DNA of 64,000 nucleotides from Rotaria socialis (Eukaryota): NCBI GenBank assembly GCA_905331295.1, contig CAJNYD010000012.1, positions 372,001 to 436,000 of the forward strand, read 5' to 3'. Shown piece by piece: positions 1 to 10,898 of this stretch (position 1 is its first letter; each line of letters starts with the position of its first letter). The notes under the pieces were generated by a model. It saw only the letters and a program-made list of their open reading frames with translations, ran no database searches and was not told where the DNA came from. The position numbers and the translations under genes were made by a program.

Positions 1-634
1 TACAGTGAGATTCTACACCAACTAAACGCTTAAAAATAAAATCGCGATATGAACATTGTTTCTTCCATGAGAAAACTTTTATAATACGTAATATTTTTGC
101 TTTGTTCGTAACGTTTTAAGACTTGAATAAGTTGATTTTAAAAAGTCTGATTGATTCATTGGTTTCAGAAATTTGAATAATATAATACTCTCTTCTTGAT
201 AACTACTACTATTCTCATACGAGAAAAGGTCATGCAATTTCATCTCGATTGAAATATCAAGACACCTTGTATAGGTTCATTCAGTGAGCAACAAATCGTT
301 ATCGATATATATGTTCGCTTTCGTCGATATTCAGAATCTATGAAATCTCCCATCAGTACATATATCTACACTTATGTTAAGCACGTGTGTTACTGAGGAT
401 AGTTTCATGTTAGAATTTTTCTTAACAAAAAATTCAAATCATCGGCAAATCAACAACGACTAGTCTTGAATTCTCTACTTAAATGACCGCATGGACGAAT
501 CGAAGAAAGAAAAAAGAAAGATTTTAACGGTCGAACAAAAGTCTTCGTCGTCATATAAATACTTCGAGTTCATCGTATTCGTATTCAACTACCATCTCAT
601 ATTTTGTTCGACTTGAAATTTGATATAACCCATA

Positions 635-1529
635 ATGTCAAACGATTTTACAACTACAGACTCTTCTCTCTATACATCGTCAAGTGTTAATGAAACTCTG
701 CGTTTATCAACCGATTCGGGCCAAGGAATGGATACTACTACTACTAGCCAACAACAATCGAATCAAACAACAAATAGTAGTGAAAATCGTCAAAAAAAGA
801 ATGAACACGTATCTCGTTCGAAAAAAGCTGTAAGTTAGATTTTATACTTTTGGTAAATAACTAGTACATAAACTGTATCAATAGAATTTGATATTTTCTG
901 TCAGTCGTGTCGAAAATCGCTTACGCAAAGGTCGATATGCAGAACGTCTTGGTTCAACAGCACCGGTTTACTTAGCGGGTGTACTAGAATATTTAGTAAG
1001 TTATAATTCATTTTTATTATTTAAAATTATTGTAATGTATTTGAATAGGTGGCTGAAGTAGTTGAACTAGCTGGTGATATTACACACAAATCTAAACGTA
1101 AACGTATTACTCCTAGAGATATTGCTTTAGTGATCAAGAATGATGATGAACTTGTACGTTTTATTTTTCTACATTTTTTTATGACTTTTGCTTTTGCTAT
1201 TGCTTATTAGAATACATTGTGTTCTGATGTAACCATTCCAGAAGGTGGCGTTCAACCATTCATTCACCAGGTCAGCTTATTATTAGACAATATTTTTCTA
1301 ATTTTAATATATATATGTAATTTCATTGAAGGTGTTACTTAATACCAGCAAACGTCGTCGCAGTTATCGAATTCAATCACGTCAAAACAATGTCGAAAAA
1401 TTATCTTCGAATAAGACGAAGTCCAAAAACAAGCAATTAACGTTCAGTACTAATATGAATACAGATACCGATGATCATTTGTCGCCGTATTCATCGGATT
1501 TAAATGATAGTGGTGTACAAATGCAGTGA
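635..1529 (+). CDS. Divergent histone H2A variant with long N- and C-terminal tails (~222 aa); exons 635-829, 885-995, 1049-1153, 1211-1270, 1332-1529
   Basis: Spliced translation gives [52 protein letters not shown]...[42 protein letters not shown], an H2A fold. Four phase-0 GT-AG introns of 53-61 bp. Confidence 0.93.
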
Positions 1530-2127
1530 ACAGTTGTTTTTTTATTGATTTACGATAGTTTTTTCGATAACAGTTTTTCTTAAAAGACTGACTTATTTTT
1601 GATACTGACAACATACTTAAGACTTTCGTTTTTAAACTTTTTTATATATAGTTCTATTTGTTTTCTAAATATCTTCCTCTACATGTTAAACTCGATTATT
1701 TATAGTCAATAAAGAAATGCCGCTGATTAAACAATAACTATTTATAATCAAAACTGATTCTAAAATATTCAAGAAGACCATGAGAGTTCTTACTCTTATA
1801 ACAATTACCGTGATATTTGACTACTATGTATAAGAGACGCTTGCTTGTTTTCTTTGTCTTGTTCAATATCTTGTTCTCCATTTTTGGCCCAATACTGTGT
1901 TCCAACGATATTCTAGATTGAGAAAATTTGCAATTAATGACATGAAATATTGAAAAAATAAAATTTTATCAGAATCTGACCTAACAACCTAAACATTATA
2001 ACAGATTTTCATTACAACACTTCAACGGTAATAGGATACCCTTCATGTCAATATTACTGATTTGTCAACTGTTCATCAGAAGAATAAAAAACATTTTCCC
2101 TCCATTTTCACCAACAAATAAAATTAA

Positions 2128-2505
2128 ATGTCACTCATTAGCAGATTTACATTAATCATAATCTACTGTTGCTTACTTTTGTTCAATCAAATGTCCATAA
2201 TTTCGAGTGAAAACCATCATCAAGTTTTGCACCAACATCACCATCCACATAGGCTATCACATATCGATAACCAATTAGACAGTATTCTACACCGAGATTT
2301 TCATAATCATCATCATCAACAACATTACAAATATGCTCTGTGTGTTAGATTACGATGTGTATCACCGTACCATTGCAATCAATTACACTATCTACATAAC
2401 AACACAAAACTTGAACATCATTGCATGTGCAACGAACGAATTTGTAGATATCGAATTGACAAAAGGAACGCAAACAGAAAATTATATTCAGTTATGAATG
2501 CATGA
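2128..2505 (+). CDS. Secreted His-rich protein with C-terminal six-Cys (knottin-like) module, 125 aa, single exon
   Basis: ATG-stop ORF with hydrophobic signal-like N-terminus, His-rich spacer and C-x4-C-x5-C-x15-C-x-C-x4-C, followed by a KR site. Confidence 0.65.
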   Translation: MSLISRFTLIIIYCCLLLFNQMSIISSENHHQVLHQHHHPHRLSHIDNQLDSILHRDFHNHHHQQHYKYALCVRLRCVSPYHCNQLHYLHNNTKLEHHCMCNERICRYRIDKRNANRKLYSVMNA

Positions 2506-2646
2506 CATTATCGGGTACCCTTTCTTTCTACCGAGTGAAACCTACCTAGAATATATAACCTTGACTATAACAAGTTGGACACGATACAAATCATTAAAAT
2601 TTTCACTGCTGACATTTATTATTTTAAATTAAACATTTGACTCTGT

Positions 2647-3748
2647 TTAACCTATCATAGAGAAAAGCGATTGACTGAGAGCAGGCAAAAGACCGTTTAA
2701 TTGATTCATTAATGAGGCAGCCATTTCATCGAAATTCACACGGCCGAGATAACTTTGGAAGAAGTTTTGAAGAAGTTTTCTGAGTTGAGCAAAAACTTTG
2801 CTTTTATCAACACTATTAATGACTTCGAAAATTTGAGCCAATTTGTCAATTGATAATTGACTTAACAATTCTTGATAATTGACACGAACTTCTCGTTTAC
2901 CGATAAGACCTAAAGCAGTAGCAATAATACTCGGGGCTGCAGAAGCAAGACCATTGATGGCTTGTTGAGCAAGGTGACCCCAACTAAAATATGAGATAAA
3001 ATAACATACTTCTATTCATTGAAAATTTGATTTTCTTACTCGACACGCATTTGAGCAGTTTCTGGTACGAATTGAGTAAAAAGTTCTTGAAGAGCTTGAG
3101 CGAGGGGAGCAATATCCCATTCGTTACCCACAGCAGCTAATACGGTGGATAAAAATTGATTTTGTAATTGTTGTAACTGATCGCTACTCAAGAATTGTTG
3201 GATTTGTGAAAGATATGTACTCAATGGAAGTTTATCGGCAAGTGCAAGAACATCATCCAAACTAAAACGAGTCTCAGTGACTTCACGTTTACCACCAAGT
3301 AAGTTAAGGATTATAGCTGGTAACTCAGTAAGTGCTGCGCTAGAAACATGATTGAGAAGGGCATCGAAATCCAAACGAATTTGTGGTTTTGTGTTAAGGA
3401 ATTCTTGGAGTACAGGTCGTAATTTATCTTTAAGTGTATTGAAATTAAGATTTCCTCCGAGTTGACCTAAAACAACTTGAATGAGCTTGTCTTTGAGAGT
3501 TTGCAATTCCACTGATGAGATTGTGCCAAGAAATTGTGGAAGAATGTCTTCGAGTTTATCAAGAAAGTTCTAGTTAACGAGAATAATAGATAAGCTTCAG
3601 CACTATTTCGCAGCTTTAGTCAATGTACCTGTATTTGTGGGCGTAAAGAGTTCAATAAATTTAAACTGTTCAGTTGTGGAACAATAAGTTGACATTGGAC
3701 AAAAGTAATACTTGCGAGCACAAAAGTCAATCCAGTCAAGAGACGCAT
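2647..3748 (-). CDS. Secreted helical three-repeat polyprotein, predicted precursor of amidated amphipathic peptides (328 aa); exons 3748-3629, 3569-3040, 2983-2647
   Basis: Exons join in frame via 59 and 56 bp GT-AG introns. Signal peptide MRLLTGLTFVLASITFVQC; repeats end in GKR, GKR and G-stop. Confidence 0.88.
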
Positions 3749-3951
3749 TCTTTATAAGTGCTTGGATAAAGTCAGGGTAGAATAGAATGTATATATATAC
3801 TTTCAATTACTTATATACATATTATTGTTATCTATCTTGAGTTTCACAAGGGAACATCAGGTTGTTTTCGCACACCCTCATGTGATGTTTTTTTCTTTAT
3901 TTTTCACATCATTTACAAAGTATTTTTTTACAGAAAAAAAAACAATACAAT

Positions 3952-4209
3952 CTAGTGCGGCAGAAAATAGTTCCAATCGAGCCATCGTAGACGTAGAGCC
4001 AATTCCGAATGAGACCATTTAGGAGACCGTGCGATGTATTCGTGTGCCATAAAATTCGTATGAGCAAGATCGTCGAGAAATTCAATATAAGCGAGAGCCA
4101 AACGAAGTGTGTCTATTTTTGAGAGATGTTTTTCGTATGGAAATCTTGGTATGTGTGAACGAAGTTCGACAAAAGCTGCATTCAAATGAGATAATCGACG
4201 ATCGGTCAT
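3952..4209 (-). CDS. Fer2/48-related-2 (PTF1-family) bHLH protein, basic region apparently truncated
   Basis: LNAAFVELRSHIPRFPYEKHLSKIDTLRLALAYIEFL is a PTF1/Fer-type HLH. The C-terminal WSHSELALRLRWLDW resembles the Fer2 W-rich tail. The 5' structure is uncertain. Confidence 0.8.
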   Translation of the reverse strand: MTDRRLSHLNAAFVELRSHIPRFPYEKHLSKIDTLRLALAYIEFLDDLAHTNFMAHEYIARSPKWSHSELALRLRWLDWNYFLPH

Positions 4210-6441
4210 GTGTTTAGAAGAGAATGTTGGTCACGACTAAGTGAATAAATATGAAAGTGAATCAAGAGTAATGCTTACGCAGCATGACATTTTTCAATTC
4301 AAGCTCATGCCACATATCAGCATTCGTTGTCTGTCTATGATAGAAACTTCTTTTTTTTCTCACAATGATTGGATTCTTTGTGACATTGTTTAATGAGCTT
4401 TTTTTCTTCTTTCTCTTCATGAAACTATCGCTCATACACGATGAAGCACAACATGATTTACTTTTTTCTTGACAAGAAAATAATTAGAAAAAAACTAAGT
4501 CTTAATGAGTAGTTTTTTTTTTTTGAAATAAAATGTCGCAGAATAAATTTTTAAAAAAGCTAGAACGAATTTATTGAATTGATGGAACGATTTTTACAGA
4601 TATTTTCTGAACGCTAAAGTCAACATGAATTGAACTTGTTCAATTACTCTGTTAACATTTAGATATATTTTTAAAATGTAAATGAAATTTTTTCTAATCG
4701 ATTGTTAGATGAATATTAAAAAGAATTATCTTCGATATTTTTCTTATTTCTATATTTAGTTCAAATTGATGTTGTCAAAGTAACAAATTGATTGTGTTTT
4801 AAAAAAATTACTTTTGTAATATTTAGTTCTTGATACATCAATTACTTGAGAAGGGATACTGATCGTTGATTTTATTTCTAGCAAAATGATGGTCTTGAGA
4901 AATATACTAGGGATAATCTTTTTTTCTGATGAAACAAATTAAAATGCTTGTATGATTGAGTATGAAATAGATAATTGTTCGTATGTCTTGGAAATCAACT
5001 TGTATTTGATTGAAAAATGTTCATATTAAAAGGACACCTCGGAAATATAAAGCTAATAAAACTAAAATATGTTATGCTTTTAGCAAATATTTTGCTATAT
5101 ATATAGATATGTATGCATAATCTTAAGATAACAATCGACTCATGACATCTTTTTATTAAAAAAACTTCTTTTTCGTCGCTTTATTGTGTCAATGATTTTA
5201 CAGTCTTAAACAGTAAGAATTCTCTAAGAAAACTAAAGTCTGCTTTATGTACGATAAATCGATGTTTAAAAATGAAATGGATTATTGCGACTGTCTCGCT
5301 GCTACTATCTGTGTAATTAGAATTGTTGGGAAACATGTTGATGCCTGCCAGCAAATGTTTTTGCACGACAGAATGCTAGCTGTGATCCTTGCATTGTAAA
5401 ATCGATTAGAGATTAAGTTTCAATACAATATTTATTTATTTTTAATAGCCTTGACATACTTGTGGCTAACAACAATCTGCTATCAGGATAATTAAATAAA
5501 ATTAGTGGCGATTGTTTTCAATTCTTATTTCGAAGAAAACCGAGTAAAATCAATTGAAAAAGATACGTACTCAATGATAAAAAGAAGTCGCCCTATTTCT
5601 CATATTGTGAACTTTATTTCCACTGAACGATGTCTAGCGAATGTCATTCAAGTACATTTGGATGTAGTATCGTTGTCTTCTATTTATCTGTAGGATGTAT
5701 TCTGATAATGTAATTATTTTTCCATTGAAAATCATAGATGAGTTTGCTTGTAGGTTGTTTACAAAAGAAAAGTGTCAACAACAAAATGCATCGCAAGTGA
5801 TTAAAAAAAGAAATAGATATGCATTGAAATCAACAACAATATTGAAAAAAGTCTTTAGAAAACTTGTACAAGCAAAATAGACTTCGTTTTCATGGCGTCA
5901 TACAAATACAATGATAGCGATCAAAAGGAAACAAATCGACATATTATTTCATATTTAAACAAAAAATGGTTATCGACTGTTTTTCGTTCCTTTTGTTATT
6001 AGAAACACAAAACTTTCTGAATATTTCAGTACATGTCTAAAACTATCTCACTATTTCTTTGATTAAGAAGACTCGTGCAATAACTTCGTTCTTACATTTA
6101 AATTTGCACTCAATTTCACTGTTTGACACTATTAAAATGGGTATTCGTATTGAAGATATTTTCTGAATAATAAAATATTTTCGATGATTAAATTGTATCC
6201 TGAAATTTGAATAAATGTAAAAATATAAAAATAATTCGAATCTATTTGACAGACGTCTTCATCCTTATTATTTTTATTTTTAGTTATCATGTATAGACTA
6301 GAGCTGTCTGCTCAACAATACTTGTAAAACTAATCAAACTGATCCATGTTTCTAATTTCTAAATAGATTGAACAGTATAAATCTAAATGAATGTATCATT
6401 TTAGCTTTCGTTTTTCACTTCATTTATTCTCCTAAAGATAG

Positions 6442-7265
6442 GGGTTACATGAATTTCGGCCCACGGAATTTTCGGGCCGGACTTTCGGCCCGGTCCGAAA
6501 TTCCGGAGATTTTTCGGGCCGGTCCGAAAGTCCGAAAGGAAATTCGGCCCGGCCCGAAAATTCTCCGGACTTTCGGACCAATTTTATACAAATTCATTAA
6601 ACTCGGAGAAAAAACGAATTTTTTTGAGAATTGGTTTCTAGATTCTTTTAGTACCGAGCGAAGCGTCGTAGTACTGAGCGAAGCGACGTAGTGCCGAGCG
6701 AAGCGTCGTAGTGCCGAGCGAAGCGTCGTAGTGCTGAGCGAAGCGACGTAGTGCCGAGCGAAGCAGCGTTTTTCATTCCATAGAAGAAAAACGAGTTGAA
6801 ATAAAAAAACCGAATCTATACCTAATTTACATCTCAACAAATTTCGAAAAATATACCAGCAATAGTGAATTCTACATCTAAAATAAAACTAAAAAATGTG
6901 CATCCTTAAGCCAATATTGAGATTACACTAGATTCGTTCGTGCTTGTTGTGGATAAACGATATGTATCTTAAAACGCCATACTATGTTCTATAATAATAG
7001 AAGTGCTGTTTTTAACACTATATTACTTCGCTCGGCACTACGACGCTTCGCTCGGCACTACGTCGCTTCGCTCAGCACTACGACGCTTCGCTCGGCACTA
7101 AAAGAATCTAGAAACCAATTCTCAAAAAAATTCGTTTTTTCTCCGAGTTTAATGAATTTGTATAAAATTGGTCCGAAAGTCCGGAGAATTTTCGGGCCGG
7201 GCCGAATTTCCTTTCGGACTTTCGGACCGGCCCGAAAATTCCTTGGGCCGAAATTCCGGTCTCTC
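6442..7265. mobile_element. Non-autonomous DNA transposon (foldback/MITE, probably Mutator-like) with ~240-320 bp inverted arms
   Basis: 6442-6765 is the inverse of 7027-7265. Internal 20-bp tandem unit gtagtgccgagcgaagcg(tc/ac). Flanking direct repeat aaagatag at 6434-6441 and 7266-7273. Confidence 0.9.
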
Positions 7266-8171
7266 AAAGATAGATAGTATAATCACGAATTCGTTCTGAA
7301 ACAAACAAATTACAACAGGAAAATAATCATCATGAATATTTCTTCGTAGAAAAACTTGTAGTCACGGGAAAGTTCATTTTTTCTTCTTCCTAGTACTGTC
7401 AGCATAATCACAAAAATACGTAATCATGAAAACAAATGCAAGAGATAATCAACTATACAACTAATATGGAACAGAAAATCAAACAGGAAAATTCATAATT
7501 GATATTCGATTTTTAAGATAGCTTAGATTCGAAATTTACTTAATTATTGTGTTTTTAATCTAAAAGATTTCTCCTGCCACTCAAAATCAGTCGTAAAAAA
7601 TCGTATGAACCTTTTGTTAAAGCACTTGTCATTACTATCATTTTTGACTAAACTAAGGTGCTACGTCGAATAGACAAAATTTGAAACAACATATCTGCAG
7701 TAAGATGATAACAGTTGAAGAAAAATAGAAGATAGGGACTGCCATTGACTTTAGCCAGAAAAAGCTGTGTAACACTTTCAAAATATCCTTGATACAAATC
7801 ATGGTATATAAAAATAATAAATTCTTATTTCCCTCCATTTATCTTTTGATATAGTTTAATTTAATTTTTTCCAACTTTTCTTCTTTGATATTTTTTTTGC
7901 TTCATAAAACACTGAGCACAGGTATATTATTTCATCCGGTTTTCATCATCAAGTTAATGTCAACAATTTTAATTCAACAAAACTCACGTTTCATGAAATT
8001 ATATTAATCGAATCAATTCAAAATTTTGATCCTGAATAGTATGAATAATACTTATCTTTGACTGAAAACAATATCACTTTCATAATTGGTAACCAATCTT
8101 CGGCTATAGAATTTTTATATTATAACATATATCAATCAGATTTATACGAATTTAAGAATTACAACAATTGT

Positions 8172-10181
8172 ATGGCTTGTAATAATGATGCTATCGAATA
8201 TCATACGTATTGTATTTGCTAATAGATTTCTATTTAAGATTGTTTTTATTGAATTCTCTATGTAGCTCATTAACATCGTCTGTAAATGAAACATTCGATA
8301 TAAATTTAAATGAAACAAAACAGCGATTTTATGATATAAAGCGTGATCCACATATTGAAATAGTAAATTTCGAAGCAGTTATTGAGAGACGACCAACAGA
8401 AATTGATGAAACATCATTACGTGTTCTCAAATACAAATCACCATCGTTCATGTAAAAATAAATCAATCATAAATTAGATCATTTATGTATTTTTCTGGCT
8501 GCAGAGCAACCGTTACTTTTCGTTTTCCACCAATTCATTCGAACGAATGTTGGAAAGTCGGATTTGTCCAAGCATGTTCGTATCGAACATGCATATATTT
8601 CTGCTAATCTTTTTCCTATTTTTGAAAAAGGTGATTTTATGTTATTTCAAAATCAATATGGTGATCTTGGCTAGTAAGTAAGTTGCTCTTTACTTTAACT
8701 AGTAAAAAATGTTGATATTTTTATCTGCATAGTTCATCTTGGGAGGTAAATAAGAAAAAATGAATGTAACAAGCATCGTGCTAAATATTTGTCTGTTTAT
8801 TCAACAAAATGAAAAGTTTCCCCAATTGATTGTTCGTGATCTATCAATGATAAATGATAGTTGTGGACGAAATTTTCCATGGTATGGATCAAAAAATCAA
8901 GGTATTACTAAGAGATGAACAAATGCTGTTTGTTTCTATCGTTTGCTCCAGCTTCAACTTGGGTGTCACGAATATAAAATATGGATGCTGTCTAGTTTCT
9001 TCAAAAGGAAAATCTGAGATCAAGTAAAGAAGTTATAGGAGCTCACAATGAATTAAAAACACGACTTACGATCATGTAAAATAAAAAGGAAAGTAAAAGT
9101 TTAGTTTGGTGAATTTATTATAAAGCATATTAAGGTAGTCAAAATATCAATTGAGAATTACCTATCATAATAGTATACGAAGTTTGCAGATACTCGATAA
9201 TGATATATTAATTATTCATAAAAATCATATATCAACAAATTTTATTTAGAACAAAAATATGTCTGACATATCATGAAGATAGTAGCAAAATTTGATGATC
9301 TAGAAACTGAAGCTGAGTGTAGCGTTCGTACATAGACATGAAGTACGAGTTTAATAAAAAAAAACTTGTTTGTCATTGATACCCTATTTTATATGAATAG
9401 CAAAAAAAAACACAATAACAAATAAAATCAATACTATTCACTAGTTGGATTTTTATTTTTAATTCATGAAAAATATAGTTTTCTATTATAAACCAAAATA
9501 TTCTCAACTAATAGTTATGCAATCTTTATATTGATCATTTGTATAATTTTCTTCACTTGCTATTTCATCATATTTCTATTTACGTTTGAATTTAACATGT
9601 AGTAGTGACCATTCAAGGTCCAATTTATCGACAATCGGAACATACAATAACTATGCGTGACTTATTCATACCATGGATTCCATGGTAAATAAAAATAAGA
9701 AAAAAATAAATGATAGACTTTTTTTGTCTCTTTTGAGGGATATTCCAACATGTGAGGGTGAAAAATCACACTTAACACATATTTATCGACATCAACGATT
9801 TTATGTATGGTTATGTGCAATGAATTGTACCAATAATGAACTGTTAATAATTCGTACAATACGTTGGATACAAACGATTGAAATCGATGTTAAACCTAAT
9901 TTATGTCGTGGAATTAGAGCAAAATTAATAAGTAATCATGAACCAGAACAGCCTATTTTTCTTAAAAAAAATAAATTTATTCCATCTTGTGCTTTACAAG
10001 CACCATCAGTAATATATTTTATTTTTTATCCATGATTATTTTCTTTTACATTCAGGCAAACAATGCCCAACTACTTGTTTGGAGACCAACAAAAGGTGAA
10101 TCAGCTATTGTGGTTAATCCAAAACATCATGATAATAGTACAATTAAATATTTACGTCTTTTAAACATAGACATTCGATAG
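8172..10181 (+). CDS. FAM78: FAM78 family protein; exons ~8172-8206, 8266-8451, 8505-8575, 8631-8673, 8734-8746, 8817-8901, 9603-9684, 9738-10008, 10056-10181
   Basis: Motifs PTEIDETSLRVLKYKSPSF, WKVGFVQAC, NQYGDLGYSSWEFP, FPWYG, LTHIYRHQRFYVWL, ANNAQLLVWRP match recalled FAM78A/B; splice phases are consistent. Confidence 0.88.
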
Positions 10182-10898
10182 ATTTATTTATTTAATTAAT
10201 TATTATAACAAGAATTGATAATTTTTATTGGTTGCTTAATCACTAATCACAATTTATCCGTAAATATATATACATACATACTTTGAAATGACGATAAAAC
10301 ATTTCGACGAACTTTTATATTTAAAAATTATTTTCATAATTTTTTAAGCGATTCTTTTTAAAATACAAAAAAATACTACATATTTTGCTTTTATGAATTA
10401 TAATTGGGTCATTTGATCATGTGTCATCGGTGGAGGTTGACTTCTACCATAATGGCTACGAAAATCAAAAAGATTAAATCCGATTCGCGAGAGCGGCCAA
10501 GCGCGTTGTTGTATTATTCTTTTAGAAACTGTTTTGTTAGTTATGTCTTCTTTAAATATGATAGAGTGTACAATTTTCTAAAATATTTTCAATTAGTTTT
10601 CTTTGCTTTCTTCCTACACAAGTCATCTGACGACCTCTGTTCTATATAGTCTATATTGTCTTTTGTGTTCAATAAGAAAGAAAGAAAGAGAGAGGAAAAA
10701 AACATCAGAATTTCTTATTTCAGATGCGAAAACGACATTTTCAATATTCTTTTTTTAAAATTTTGTCATGATTTCGTCTCTTGTCTATTTGATTTCTTGT
10801 AAGTTATTCATGTTTATTATTTCTTGATTAAATCCATATTTGTTTTTTCTATTTTAATTCATAGTTTATAATGATTATTGAATGTTAATTGAATAAAA

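Noticed and set aside
3603..3806. 67-aa minus-strand ORF in the track
   Set aside because: Wrong frame; the real exon 1 (3748-3629) encodes the signal peptide in another frame.
6650..6765. 20-bp repeat array resembling a CRISPR
   Set aside because: Head-to-tail repeats with no unique spacers, mirrored in the opposite TIR, no cas genes, eukaryotic context.
6368..7277. Four overlapping ORFs (RHYVASLSTTTLRSAL, GPRNFRAG)
   Set aside because: Translation artefacts of GC-rich inverted and tandem MITE repeats.
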